64,000 nt of DNA, from contig CAXHJY010000998.1 in assembly GCA_964016885.1 (NCBI GenBank), positions 111,168 through 175,167 on the forward strand. The letters are read 5' to 3'. The DNA is from Eledone cirrhosa (taxonomy: Eukaryota). Position numbers and translations under genes: made by a program. This document shows positions 1 through 15,010 of the stretch, piece after piece. Below the pieces are notes generated by a model that ran no database searches, was not told the origin of the DNA, and was given only the letters and a program-made list of their open reading frames with translations. The number at the start of each line of letters is the position of its first letter. The first letter of the stretch is position 1.

Positions 1-222
1 GCTTCTGTCGCAATCTTCCTAATACGGCGATAAAACTGAACAATCTCCAGCTTGTATACATATTAACCTCTAAAATAAGGCAATAAAAGCCACATAGATA
101 GATTTTTTTAAACATATATAAAGGATGTGGGTAAGAACATGATTAAATGATAAAAGTAATTGAAAGATAGAAATCTTTTTCGGTAACATATATATGTTTA
201 CATATGTGTGTGTGCGCGCGTG

Positions 223-328
<106 letters not shown>

Positions 329-1239
329 CACAAAGAGAGAATGCTTATTAACTGATACATAGAAAGGAACCAGGAAAGACAAATGAGAGATACTCGAAGA
401 CCAAATGATTTTAAAGCTGAAATTTTCATTTATGAATGCCATAAAACGACTTAGTTAAGAATAAACCCTACACATTAGAACAAGATTACAAAACATCAAA
501 CCAGAGAATAGTCGAATACTAACAAATCTGAGAATATATAGCAATGTGGTGGCAATGAAGAGAAATATAACAGAATAAATAAACAAACACGTAAACAAAC
601 TACACAATATATATAAGAAAATAAATATATCTATGAATACGAAATCTGTGGTCTTTCTTGACCAATTATCCCTTTCTCATTACCATAGTGTAATAATATA
701 GAATATACCAACCAAGAAAATATATGAATGTATATCTAATAATAGTTTTAAGTGCTGCTAGGCCAGGTTTAATGATAACATGATAGTACTTAAGCAGGGG
801 AGATTATTTAACGTGGATACATCGTGAAACATTGATTAGTGTTATAAAAGAGGACAGAAGGTGTTATAGAAGAAATAAAAAAATATGGCGTCGGTTATAA
901 TAACGAATAGATTGTATGTTTTTCTGTATTTCGTTCAACAAAGGGTTTTGTTTCGTTGTTTTTATTCTATTGCTGTTGTAGTATATTTTGCATGTGGAGG
1001 AAGAATATTTGAATAATTATTCTATGACGAGGGCAGCAGGGTGGCCAGCTATTAATGTAATTGTAGAAAACCAAGATGGCTGACGATATAATTTTCTCTC
1101 TGATTTCTTCGTCTTGTCAAAGAAGAAATAAAATGTAAAATATAAATGCAACAAGAAAAAAACAATGAATAACAACAAATATACCTGTCAAATTTATTCT
1201 GAACGTGCCTTTTGTTATAAATATATATTCATGCACACA

Positions 1240-1318
<79 letters not shown>

Positions 1319-1574
1319 CATCGTACTGGCCTGGAATACGGTGTTTCTTGGATATAGAAACTCCCTCTATATCCTTCTCTGCAGATTTATTGCAGAGAAG
1401 GAGAGAGGGGGAGTGAGTTGCAATAGTAAAGATATAGTAACGGAAGTATCCACCTCCAGGACTAGACTGCAAATTAAGGTGTTATATCGATAGCAGACGG
1501 CCCCTGTCTACTATATATTCAGGTTGTATCCGAATCGAATTTATTTTCTATTTCTCTATCTCCTATCTTTCATT

Positions 1575-1763
1575 GTGGATTGGCGGTATCGGTAGATGGT
1601 CAGACGCCATGCTTTGCAGCACAGAGTTACGGCCCTTTATGATCTGAGTTCAAATCTCGCCGAGGTTAACTTTGCCTTTCATCCGTACGGGGTCGATAAA
1701 ATAAAAGTACCAGTAATGTACTGGAAAATTTACTGGCCTTGTGCCAAAAGTAGAAACAATTAT
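1575..1763 (+). mobile_element. SINE family 1
   Basis: B box GAGTTCAAATC, core GCCGAGGTTAACTTTGCCTTTCATCC..GGGGTCGATAAA, tail GGCCTTGTGCCAAAAGTAGAAAC. Confidence 0.88.
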
Positions 1764-1944
1764 ATGTTTGGGTTCAACGTAATCCTGTTACATAATTCTG
1801 TTGAGACCATCTTGTCTTGCAGCATAATCGGATGACGGAGCTGAGTCATTGAAATATGTGTAGTGATTTCACAGTATTGAAATTCTAAAATAAATCTTCC
1901 AGTTTGTCCTTTCTGTAGTTGTTTTAATGAGTATATATATTTGT

Positions 1945-1999
<55 letters not shown>

Positions 2000-2016
2000 T
2001 TATATATATATATATT

Positions 2017-2080
2017 AGTTTCAGAAGATCCCGTTAAGGGTGAAAGCAGCGATTCTTTGCTTAAACTTTAATCTGTTATT
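2017..2080 (+). ncRNA. Type I hammerhead motif (U4A variant)
   Basis: AGTTT-CAGAAGA-TCCC/GGGT-GAAA-GCAG..TTGC-TT-AAACT; 3' halves of the same family at 49868-49930 (-) and 52662-52707 (+); TA-flanked. Confidence 0.6.
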
Positions 2081-2083
2081 TTA

Positions 2084-2163
<80 letters not shown>

Positions 2164-2361
2164 TGTCGTGGTGGTACAGTTTGTCTTGCCGAAGAGGAAG
2201 AGGGGATTTCTGTTGTTTCAAGCAAGTCTTTTTCCTGAATGACTTACCTCTTCTCTCCATTCTCGTGGCAGACATTTATATAGTCAGACATGTTGACAAA
2301 ACATTTAAATTCAACGAAAGAGAGAATGGTAAACTTATTAACTGTCAAACTAGTCCATAGC

Positions 2362-2425
<64 letters not shown>

Positions 2426-2577
2426 AACAAACAGATACACACGCACACATATATGTATATATATATATATATATACGCATATGAATTAACAAGCAATAGT
2501 TCCAGTGAGACAGACAGCCTGATTGTTGGTTAGTTAGAGAAAGAGAGAGAGAGAAAAGAAGAAAGGGAGAAAGAGCG

Positions 2578-2636
<59 letters not shown>

Positions 2637-2857
2637 TAGGTGAGTATGTAGGTGAGTATGTAGGTGAGTATGAATGTGAGAGAGGGATAGAGAGACAGAG
2701 AGAGAGATAGAGAGAGACAGAGAGGGAGAATGTAGGTGTGTATGTATATATATATGTGTGTGTGTCTGAAAGAGAGAGAGGGGGAGAGAGAGATAGAAAG
2801 AGACAGAGAGAGAGACAGAGAATGTAGGTGTGTATGTATATATATATGTGTGTGTGT

Positions 2858-2893
<36 letters not shown>

Positions 2894-2933
2894 AAGAGAC
2901 AGAGAGAGAGAGAGAATGTAGGTGTGTATGTAT

Positions 2934-2989
<56 letters not shown>

Positions 2990-4282
2990 ATGTAGGTGTC
3001 AATGTTTGAAAGAGATTGGGTGAGAGTGAGTGCAAGAAAGAAACAGAAAGAGACAGAAATATAGAGAGAATGAGAGAATGAGAGAATGAGAATGAATGAA
3101 TGAAAGAATGTGTGTTATTCTCATTATATGTTAGAATTTTTAGTGTACTAGACAAGTTTCTTGTCTAGCCGAGTACAGAAGAGTGTCACAATTAGAAAGC
3201 CACTTCCTCCTCACATCCAAACATATACAAGATATAGGAGTAGATCAAAACACTAACAAAATAACCTTCAAAACAAACGTAGACAACAATAGTTCCAACA
3301 CGTTTCACTACCAAGAACCCCCTTTATTTAAATGAATTCACCCATAAAGCCTACACTGAGATTTACTCACGTCCTAGATTGTTATGCAGCGCAAGTAACA
3401 ACGAAAAGAATGAAATATTTGCACGTACAGAGGAACGGGTACCTTATAACGACTGTGTAGTGTGTATTGTATTTTCTTTATTTTTTAAGGTGGCGAATTG
3501 GCAGTCTTTAGAACGTAGAATAGAATATTTCGAACTTTGAGTTTCATATAATACTTTGCAGTGCTTCTTCATTCTCTCTGAGCTTTGAGTTTCATAGAAT
3601 ATTTTGTAGGGCTTCTTCATTCTCTATCAGCTCTGAGTTTCAAACCTGAAAAATACAACTTTGATTTTTATTAATTCAAGGTCGATAAAAACGGACCAGT
3701 CTGGTGCTGCGGTCGATTATTTCTTTTCTAATTCTTTCCCACTTCCTCTCTATCATTCTCCTGTTCAGACCTGTAGAGGGAGAGGTTCTACAAAGTTCTA
3801 CATAAAAACATGCTTTATGTCATTGCGGCACCCTTATGACTTCATCAGGAATTTCGAGTCCATAATTTTAGACATTTTCTGCTAAATCTATACAGGATGT
3901 TAAGAGATAAACAAACTATTTGACGCCAAATTCTGTTGAAATTTCACAAATACTGGATATTTTAACAAGGATCTATACATTAGCAAATATACTATAAACG
4001 TTTGAATTAATAAACACAATTTTAGACGTTTTTTTGCTAAAATTTTACAACATTTGAAGAGATAAACGGAATATTTGACGTCAAATTCTGTTGAAATTTC
4101 ATTTTATTGCTTTAAATTATTGGAAATATTCCAATAAGATCGATCAATCCAGATGGTTCCGAGATATGACTGTTTGTTGTATTGATTCCTTGTTTAGATT
4201 TCAAATAATTTAAGAGGTTTATCTTTAATTTCTCCATTGGCCTAATTGACAGGAAGTTTCTGAATTCCTCGAGCTGATACAT

Positions 4283-4717
4283 TTGTTGTTGCTATTGCTG
4301 TTGTTGCTGTTCATGATTTTGCTGGAGTTGTTGCGGATATTGTTACTACTGCTTTGTTGCTATTGCTGCTGATGCTACTATTTTTGCTGCTGTTGTAGCT
4401 AATGTTGTTGCTACTATTTTTGATGCTGTTGCTGTTGTTCTCTCTGATATTGCTGCGGCTGCTCTTGCTTCTACTACTGCTGCTCCTGTTGTTACTATTG
4501 TTGATGTTGTTAGTGCTGCTGTTGTTGTTGCTGTAGCTACTACTGTTGCTGTTGCTCTGTTCGATATGTCTGCGGCCGTAGTTGCTGTACTATTGCTACT
4601 ATTACTACTACTGTTACTGCTGCTGCTAATAAGGCTGCTACTATTGCTACCGTTGCTGTTGAATTGCAGCTGCTGTTGCTGGTGCTCTTGCTGCTGCTGC
4701 TGCTGCTGCTGCTGCTA
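4283..4717. repeat. Degenerate (GCT/GTT/ACT)n array
   Basis: Direct reading. Confidence 0.9.
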
Positions 4718-5670
4718 CAGTTTGTCCATGAAATCTGTGATACAAGCCTGACTCAATTGATTTAAGTCCCTCTTTTCTCTATATACCAGTAATTACCTCT
4801 CTGTGGTGTCTATTTCTTATCAAACGTATCAGCAATAGCAACGCAGAATAAAAGACATTAAGAGGGAAATGGAAGGAATCTATCTTTACAACTGTTCCAT
4901 TCCCTCCGCCATCGACCTAATTATACCGGAAGTAGTAACATGATAATATTATAATATGTCATCTTCATATTTATGAGGTTGTTTTCCTATGTTTGTTTGT
5001 TTGTTGTTGTTGTTGTTGTTGCTGTTGTATTTCTAGATCACTCAAGATCTAATGGTCCTATGAGATCAAAGACTTTCTAAATCCGTATAATTTACTACAG
5101 AATACACTTGCCCAAACGCCCGCCAGCTACCCAGTGACAGTGAAAACGGGGTCACTTTATGAAAAGTTCTCTTCTCTTCTAAGAAAGTAGTATATGATTT
5201 GAAAATAATTTGACTCTTATTTCTAGCAATTCCAGCTATTGCATAGAACCAATCCCATCGATATTCGTCGGGTGTTTTCATAGCCATGGTTGGTTCCATA
5301 GGTGTTTTCACAGCCATGGTTGTTAATTGAGGAAACTTATGATCAAAACAATCCAGTCGTGACCATCTCGTGCTTTTATGCGAAAAGAACCGAAAATCAC
5401 ATTCAATAGGGCTCTTTCTAAAACTACTAGGGTAAGTCGAGATTCGGGTGCTATTTCTATCAAGTCTAACCTCAGATTTAGAGTCATTTTTGTTAGCTTT
5501 GGTGAAAGCCGTTGTTAATGATTCGTTATATATTTAAATCGGTGTTAATGTCTTCTGATATTTAAGGCAGTTTTCTAGTGAATCATCCTATAATATCATA
5601 ACTGCGTTAAACTTAATATTCGATGAATCAAGATTGATAATATTTGTAACCGAAAACCTTTTGGAGTTAA

Positions 5671-5919
5671 CCCTTTAGAATTCACATTATTCTATATTTA
5701 CTATTATATTTTCATTGTAAAGATTTTATCTCACATAATTATCTCACATAATTATCTCACATAATATTAAATCTATGAGCTTTTGATGTTATTTATTTTG
5801 ATGTTATTTATTTTGAGAACAATACCTGAATGTAGGTACGAGTGGCCGGTTATGGCAAGTTTGAACAGAAAGAGGTAAGAGAATTCTGGCCGGATATGGC
5901 CGGTTTAAATGCTAAAGGG
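5671..5919. mobile_element. piggyBac-type MITE
   Basis: TTAA|CCCTTTAG ... CTAAAGGG|TTAA: terminal inverted repeats with TTAA target duplication, 249 bp. Confidence 0.85.
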
Positions 5920-6301
5920 TTAATACAATTAAGTAAATCTCTTTATCGCAGTCCCCGCCATGTAGCAGTGACCCAATGACTGTGAAAAGGAAAGTAGTGT
6001 AAAATTAACAATAGATAACTTATTTGGAAAACAAATATTCTTTTTTTATATTTTACGCTTCGTAAAAACAAATGCTAAAACATTTAGAAATGGAGAACTG
6101 GATGAAGAAGGTTCAAGTACAGGAAGGGTTACTCAGTGATAAAACACAGGCAAATGTGTAAATAAGGAAAACCTATTCCATCAATGTCAGACAGGAAAAA
6201 GAATTAGCGAGGATTTTTTCCCCAATTTACATATGTATGTCCGTCCCTGTGAAAGTATGTACGCCTATATGTGTGAATATATATAGTTGTATATATATAT
6301 G

Positions 6302-6336
<35 letters not shown>

Positions 6337-6454
6337 GTGCGTGTGTGTGTGTGTATGTGTATGAATATATATATATATGTGTATATATACACACACACAC
6401 CCTACCTGAACAGACACTCACACAGACCCACACAAACACACACAGAGGAATATA

Positions 6455-6531
<77 letters not shown>

Positions 6532-6984
6532 AACGTTTGTTGTGGAAACGGGGGAAGATTAAATGTATCAGTGTTTATATATTTGATCTAAGCTGATGAT
6601 TTGCTCCGGTACCACTCCGAGATTCTCGCTTCTGTGAGTTCGTTCATTTATTTTTTTCATGGCTGTATGAACTCACAGTGCTGTGAAACTCGGAAAAGTG
6701 ACATATTGTTTTATATATTTATACACACACACACATTCACGCATACACACACATTCACACACACACACACAAACACACACACACATTCACGCACGCACAC
6801 AAACACACACACACACGCACATACACTCAGAAGTACACAAACAAACACATACACACCCAGAAGTACAAAAACACACACACCCACTCTCCGAAGCACGCAC
6901 ACACACACACACACATATATATATAAACTTAGGAGGCTACGTACACACAGACACACACACACACACACATATATATATACATAT

Positions 6985-7027
<43 letters not shown>

Positions 7028-7641
7028 TATGTATAAACTTGGGGGGCTATGCAGCTTTTCAATTCCCCTGACCCCAGTGTTGCTACAAAATCCGCATATC
7101 GTCAAATGGGCTCTGTCAACTAGCCAAACCAGCAAAAGTAAATATATTTAACACGTTTTAATGGCTGCTTCCCTGTTTTACATCATCTACACCTCATACA
7201 CCTATGCGTCAACATATATCTCGTTATCGCCTTTAATATTTATCTCATAGCTCTGAAAATTTACTTATTACCTAATGTACGACGTACAGTAGAATAATAC
7301 AAACTAATCACACATATTTAAAAAAAAAGATAATAGTGCTGCAGTGTTAATGTTCAGATATGTCTCTTATGGTCGTCATAGTCAACACCATAGGAGTATA
7401 ATATTACTGCAATGTTTAATGGTCAGTCAATTACACCATGGTTTTAGTTTCTGACCGCTTCACTTCACGTATAGCACTAGAGCAAGCACAAAATTTGAAG
7501 AAACGAATTAAAATGTCAACACGTATGTAAGTGTGTGTATTTTAGCACACCTATACAAACATATACTTTTATGTATATATATATATATATATATATATTT
7601 TAGTAAGTAAGTTAATTTTTATAATTTTCTTATTTTACGTC

Positions 7642-7692
<51 letters not shown>

Positions 7693-7764
7693 TGCTGGTA
7701 TTCATCTGCCTGATGTTCATCGATCTGTCTAGTTCTTTTTTCTACCAGCGTATAATGAAATAAA

Positions 7765-7932
7765 ATTTACATTTTCTATATATTTTGTCTGAGGAGAACA
7801 TGTTTTGCTTCATGCTATACATAAAACTTTGCATCTTCGAAATATATAAAATGTAATAAATAGAGATGATATAAAATGTATATATTTCGTTTATTACTAC
7901 GATTATATTAAACTTTAATCTGTGATTTTAAT
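7765..7932 (+). mobile_element. HHR-like module related to family H
   Basis: TATTTTGT-CTGAGGA-GAA...TTC-GAAA-TATATA-AAATGTA; within a TA-flanked island. Confidence 0.5.
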
Positions 7933-7939
7933 ATATATA

Positions 7940-7985
<46 letters not shown>

Positions 7986-8073
7986 ATATAACGATAAATT
8001 AACGGAGCCATAGACTCTCGCTATTCCCTATCAATAATGTGCTCGAAGGAAAAGGAATCCTGAGCTCTTTAAA

Positions 8074-8181
8074 ATACAATATGTTGAAAAAGTAACACAC
8101 TAGTGAGGGATAGTGCGCCATCAATAAAACAGTTTTATTAATGGCGCACTCTCTCTCTCTAGTGAGTTACCTTTTCAACAT

Positions 8182-8188
<7 letters not shown>
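8074..8188. repeat. Imperfect hairpin, ~55-bp arms
   Basis: ATACAATATGTTGAAAA..AGTGCGCCAT / ATGGCGCACT..TTTTCAACATATTGTAT, abutting (TA)n. Confidence 0.85.
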
Positions 8189-8217
<29 letters not shown>

Positions 8218-8699
8218 CCATGGTTCAACTAAGCACTCTTGCGATATTAACACATTTTGAACTGCTTAACTTCAATGACTGTGCTTGTAAATAGCATTAA
8301 CTTTTCTTCCACATTGACTTTTTACGTTCCACATTATGCACGTTTTTTTTTTCTTTTTCCTTTTTCTTTTCACTTCTTAAACCTTGTTTGTATATAACAT
8401 TATTCTTTCTGCACCTTCTGTTTAACATGTGCGACACCACACTACTACATTTCACTATCATTTGATAATGCATATAAATGCAGAAACCGGTAATAGACAA
8501 TAATTAAATATATAAATAGATAAATAAATGCCATTGTTAAATAATAAATAAATCAACTAATACCTTAACACTTCACACAAAGTAAAACATTTCGTTTTAA
8601 TCATTTTCTAACCCAGAAAAAAGAGAGAGAGGGACAAAAAAAGGAAAAACAAAAAATATTTTTCTTCCTCATATTCGTCCCGTTCTCCCTATTTTCAGG

Positions 8700-9080
8700 A
8701 GGAATTTATTTACAGTCTAACAATTTCTGATTTCTTATTTACAGTCTAACAGTTTCTGATGACATGATCGAGCTAGCATCGTATTTAAAATTGAATGGCA
8801 CTGCTTCTATTGTTCAGCAATTTTTAGACAACTCAATCAGAGAAACAATTGTTAGACTGTAAATAAATTCCCATTTTTTGTACTGTTGACCATGTTATTC
8901 TTCACATTTTTTCAATGTTATTACTCCAGGATAAACTTACATAGGAATACAAGTTAAATCATAAACTCGCCATCTACGTAAACCTCTTGTTGAGTCAAGC
9001 AACGCCGTACGCTAAAACTATCCATAATAAGAAGTATTCACAACATCTAACTGGATTACCTATAACGATATTTTGTTATC

Positions 9081-9127
<47 letters not shown>

Positions 9128-9320
9128 TATAAGTCAGACACGTCGAATTTTCTTTGCTCTTTCCAATATAAAGCTTGAAACGAATAAGACTGCTTGTATT
9201 TCTGTTTGTTGTCTCCTTGAACTGACATGATGCTAGCTCCATCATGTCAGCAGAAATTGTTAGACTGTAAATAAATTCCCCTTTTGTGTACTGTTGACCA
9301 TGTTATTCTTCACTTTTTTC

Positions 9321-9323
<3 letters not shown>
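8700..9323. repeat. Repeated and inverted module GAAATTGTTAGACTGTAAATAAATTCCC
   Basis: Direct copies 8848-8916 and 9255-9323; inverted copies at 8701-8780. Confidence 0.8.
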
Positions 9324-9389
<66 letters not shown>

Positions 9390-9643
9390 CACATGTATAT
9401 GTATATATATATATATACATATGTATTTTGTTTATACATATATAATAATATATATACAGATATGTATATGTATATATATACATATACATGTATATGTATT
9501 TTATTCTTATTAATTTATTTCACATTTGACTTTACAACTGTATTAGTAACAATCCTAACAGCAAGACATACACCAATAACATGAAGAACAAGTGTATATA
9601 ATAAAACGGTTGTAAAGAAGGTATACACACATGCATATGTATA

Positions 9644-9694
<51 letters not shown>

Positions 9695-9918
9695 ATATAT
9701 ATATATATATATATAATATATGTCTGGGACAAAGTTTTGTTAGTCTTATTACATTGATACACACAGTCTACATCTCGTTCCTGTTGTGATGTCACAGTTC
9801 ATTGGAAGTCATAATAATGTCGTTTGCACACCTCCCACATATATATAGTTGCATATATATATTTATATATATACACACACACAGACACACATATATATAT
9901 ATATACACACACACACAC

Positions 9919-10094
<176 letters not shown>

Positions 10095-10272
10095 CTATAT
10101 ACTTTAGCCATTAGACCAATGTTATATACGTTATATAAACAGATGTTTTACTCATTAGATTTGATATAAAAGTTCTTGTTACGCTTTATTAGTTTTTCAT
10201 TCATACATAAATATAGATATGTGTGCGTGTACGTGTGTGTGTGAGAGAGAGAGAGAGACAGAGAGAGAGAGA

Positions 10273-10329
<57 letters not shown>

Positions 10330-11318
10330 CGCAAGTCATCATTATCATCATCATATCAATGGCCCAAGAGAAATATGCCGCGGGTGTTCTTCACAATCAC
10401 TTGATTTGCTAGAAGTAGCAGCTAAAATTCCCTCAAAATGACATAATTACTTCATTTATAACGCCTGCACATTGGGTTATGTAGCTCAACAAAGGACGAG
10501 GTTATCACGGCTGGAATTTCTTTGATGAAATATCTCTCCCACTGTATTAAACATTATGATATTTATTAAGGAACGTTCACATTTCCTTTTAATGTTCTAC
10601 TTCATTGGTATATAAATATATAATTGCAAAAACAGATGTGACAGAGGCACGCGCTCACATATAGACATTTCCTCCGTTGTGAATGTGTATATATATATAT
10701 ATGTACTCCTGGAAGCATGTCGGCTCATGTTTTCTCAATTAATCATTTAAACACCAATCAACTAGAACAGCTTCCTAGGGTGAACCCTCGATGTACCATG
10801 GTGTTTCGTGATATAAGCTGCCATTTAAGAAAATCTAATAAAAATATTTCTATGTAAAACATTTTGTACTTAATTTAAAGTCTTATTAAAATAACAATTA
10901 TGAGGAACTTCTGTTAACTACATATATGGGTTCCGAAATTTTTGGAAAATTGCATAATGGATTTAACGAAATAACTCATTTTATGCACATATATCGTTCA
11001 AAACGTGATTAACACATCTTTTTTCTGTTGTATCTGAAGCTAATGGCTGGAAGAACAAATGGGCAAAATTACTTAATTATATAATGAAGAGTAATACATT
11101 ATTAAGGTCGCCTGCAAAAGGTGCGACAATATGGTATTTTTTGTAAAGCATTGGGAAATGCAAAATGGATTTGCTAATCTTTGATGTGAAAAGCTCTGCT
11201 CGAGAACCCGACAAAACATCGGAGATATATAGAGCAACTGCCTAAATAAACTAAACATGAATGCATACATATATACATACATCAATACACACACAGGTAT
11301 ATATATATATATATATAT

Positions 11319-11500
11319 AGGAACGAGTAAGACCCCGACGGCTGAGCTTAAGCCGTTTCGACGGCTAATTCTGGACTGAATTAGTCCAGTGGGTAATAGG
11401 AACGAGTAGGAACGAGTTCCTATTACCCACTCTACTACCCTAAGTATTGAGTACTTTGGTGCGTTATGGTCCACCTGGTTCCTTACCACTTTTCCTTCGT

Positions 11501-11501
<1 letters not shown>
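11319..11501 (-). mobile_element. TA-flanked repeat family A (3' half of a hammerhead), rearranged
   Basis: Reverse complement contains GAAACGGCT-taagctc-AGCCGTC; internal inversion; matches 14350, 15415, 53526. Confidence 0.75.
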
Positions 11502-11532
<31 letters not shown>

Positions 11533-11690
11533 AATCAGGATGGAATCAGTGTGAAACTATTCAGACCAGTAGTTAATCCTTGGGGTTGTAGAGTATGGCT
11601 ACATTATAAAGTGCAAGGTCCCAACGGTTGAGCTCTTGCCATTTCAACAGATAGTTCTAGAGTCTGGAATATATATACACACACATCTCT

Positions 11691-11721
<31 letters not shown>

Positions 11722-11891
11722 CGTGGGTGTGTGTGTGTGAAACATTTCTCGGTTGCTTTTGCTGCCATCGTCTATATGAGGTTTACATACGACTTCAGCT
11801 CTTTCAAAATCTTAATAAATAATTGATTAACACTCTGAGGTAATGAATTTATTTCGTGTATTATTGAATTATTGAGTGTTCAGATAAATCA

Positions 11892-11959
<68 letters not shown>

Positions 11960-12263
11960 CAACCTATTCATATATATACATATATTTACATACGTTTATA
12001 TGAATGTATTTAGGTATGTTATACAACAGCGGGCATTAGAGAAGTCGATCCGACTATGTAATAATATAGTTCTTTTAAAATCTTCTCCATTCAATCGTGT
12101 ATAAAATTATTTATTACAGAACATACGATCTAAATCTCTCTGATGATGATTTCTGTAGAGAAAGACTCCATCAATCGTTATCTCATGACTTACAGAATTA
12201 AATAACTACACCCTCTTTGGCAGAATCTGAAAAGACAATAGAAGGTGACGGATTTGGTTCAAA

Positions 12264-12354
<91 letters not shown>

Positions 12355-12361
12355 AATATAT

Positions 12362-12470
<109 letters not shown>

Positions 12471-12963
12471 TCACCTTGATTACTTTGACCGACCAGCCTG
12501 TCGGGCGTCCATTCAACGCCGCTGGTCACAGCACGCCGTCCATTCCTCTCTGGATCGTGCTTTCCTCATCCATGTATTCCCAATCGTATTCTTAAAATCG
12601 TAACTCCACCCTCGTGGAGGCCTTCCGAGTGGTCGTTTCCGCTCGCGCGGGTACCACTCGGCAACTGCGCGGGTCCACCGATTATCAGTGAATCGAGCGA
12701 CGTGTCCAGCCCATCTGAACTTGGTGCGCATATATTCCGTGACGACGTCCCTCACGCCGGACTTCTGTCTGATGACTTCGCTCCTGATGTGTTCTCTCAA
12801 CGGCATAAGGGATGTGCCCAAGGGGAGGTTGGACAAGACCACCCGCGCCAACCTCTTCAATAGCACAGTTTTACCTGCAATGTTACATGGCAGTGAAACT
12901 TGGGCTACAACGAAGAGAGAAAAGCAGATGCTGGTAACGGCTCAAAGAGCCATGGAGAGGTCA
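12471..12963 (-). mobile_element. RTE-clade LINE 3' fragment with inverted 5' part
   Basis: - strand LREHIRSEVIRQKSGVRDVV...RWAGHVAR...RPLGRPP..W; + strand 12799-12963 LFNSTVLPAMLHGSETW...AQRAMERS, the immediately upstream RTE ORF segment; (TA)n on both sides. Confidence 0.92.
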
Positions 12964-12971
12964 ATATATAT

Positions 12972-13013
<42 letters not shown>

Positions 13014-13089
13014 TTTCTGAATTTGTTTAGCAAGATTCTTTATCTGAAATCGTGTGTTTCTTATTGGCAACATGACCCTCCCAAAGTAT

Positions 13090-13148
<59 letters not shown>

Positions 13149-13596
13149 ATACAATAACAGAGATAGTTTAAAGCTAAACTCTGACTGGTAACCATCTCAA
13201 TCAACAAACATTAGGTTATATTTAAATACAAACCCAATTTAAGTGTTTGGGGTGCTAACAATATGTATAATGTGGAAAAACCAGTTGTATTATTTTATGA
13301 GATATAATTAAAGTTAAAGTATATCTCTCTTTCCAAACAATTGTTTCATTATAAGTCTTCTACAAGTTGGGAGAATATTTCCAGTTTATGTAGAAGCCTA
13401 ATATATATTCATGTAAGAATATATTTAGGTGGGCGCTTATAAATCATCAGTGGAAGCCCATTAAACTTTGATATAAGAAAGAAAATATTCTTACCGCGTA
13501 AATATATATATATATGTATATATATATATATGTATATATACATATACATTGATATATATATATATGTATATATGCATATACATACATGTATATATT

Positions 13597-13633
<37 letters not shown>

Positions 13634-13636
<3 letters not shown>

Positions 13637-13898
13637 GGCGCATGGCTTAGTGGTTAGAGCATTGGGCTTGCAATCGAAAGGTTGTGAGTTCAATTCTCAG
13701 GCCGGGTGGTGTGTTGTTTCCTTGAGCAAGACACTTTATTTCACGTTGCTCCAGTTTACTCAGCTGTAGAAATGAGTACTGGCCTGCCCGCCCAGCCAGT
13801 GGGATTGCGTTATCTTATGGCTAAAACAGCACGACGTGCTGTGACCAGCGGCTCCGATTGGCGCCCGACAGACTGGTCGGTCAAGGTTATCAAGGTGA
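13634..13898 (+). mobile_element. tRNA-derived SINE (family 2) with RTE-derived 3' tail
   Basis: A box TGGCTTAGTGG, B box GTTCAATTC, central CCTTGAGCAAGACACTT; tail 13830-13898 matches the RTE 3' end at 12471-12540; (TA)n on both sides. Confidence 0.9.
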
Positions 13899-14349
13899 TA
13901 TATATACATATATGTATATATACATATATGTATATATATATTCTTCTCATATATATATATTCTTCTCATTAATGTTTTATTTTTCTAAAGTCCATCTGTC
14001 TGAGAAGAGGGTTAAGTGTATCCATCACCCTGTGTGTTTACGACCAAGTAGATGCATGTTAAATATCAGCCGACCAGTAGGTTCCATCTGGTAACTGTAT
14101 AATTTCCAGTTGTCTTGTAATGAATATTCTCCTCTGTCTATACATCTAGAACAGTGTGTCTATTGGATCAGAACTCTATCCAGCGAATATATTTTTCAGA
14201 AAAATATGTGCGCGTCCTGGAGCGCAAATAAAAATATTGAATGATCGCTTCTATTTGATTCAGTTTTCTGACTATTCAATCTGGTAGCAAAGAAATACTA
14301 TTGGTCTTTGTGTATATACACTCATATATATATATATATATATATATAT

Positions 14350-14547
14350 AACGAAGGAAATGTGGTAAGGAACCAGGTGGACCATAACGCACCAAAGTAC
14401 TCAATACTTAGGGTAGTAGAGTGGGTAAAAGGAACCAGTAAGACCCCCGACGGCTGAGCTCAAGCCGTTTCGACGGATAATTCAGGACCTAATTCCAGAA
14501 TTAGCCGTCGAAACGGCTTGAGCTCAGCAGTCGGTGTCTTACTGGTT

Positions 14548-14550
<3 letters not shown>
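14350..14550. mobile_element. Family A copy ending in a ~120-nt hairpin
   Basis: AGGAACCAGTAAGAC...GTCTTACTGGTTCCT inverted arms at 14430-14550, (TA)n on both sides. Confidence 0.8.
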
Positions 14551-14640
<90 letters not shown>

Positions 14641-14934
14641 GTGAGGTTTTTTTACAAAATGAAAAATAACCGAGGTGCCCTACATGACTGAAAGTATAAA
14701 GGAAAAAAGATGAAATCGAAAATGCAACTGGAGTCTTATTTAAAAATATATATTTATTTATTTGGTTCCTTTACCGGTTTCGCAGTTCTTCTGCTTTTCA
14801 AAAGTAGAGTTGAGATGGAGGGTCTGTGGTTTTTCACATATATATATATGTCGTAATTTTTTACTAAAGAAATTTTAGCCTGATACTGGGGTTTAGAACA
14901 CTCTAAGAAATGGAAAAATATGAGTATTGACGTA

Positions 14935-15010
<76 letters not shown>

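Noticed and set aside
13634-13705. tRNA gene
   Set aside because: A and B boxes belong to a SINE head; no complete cloverleaf
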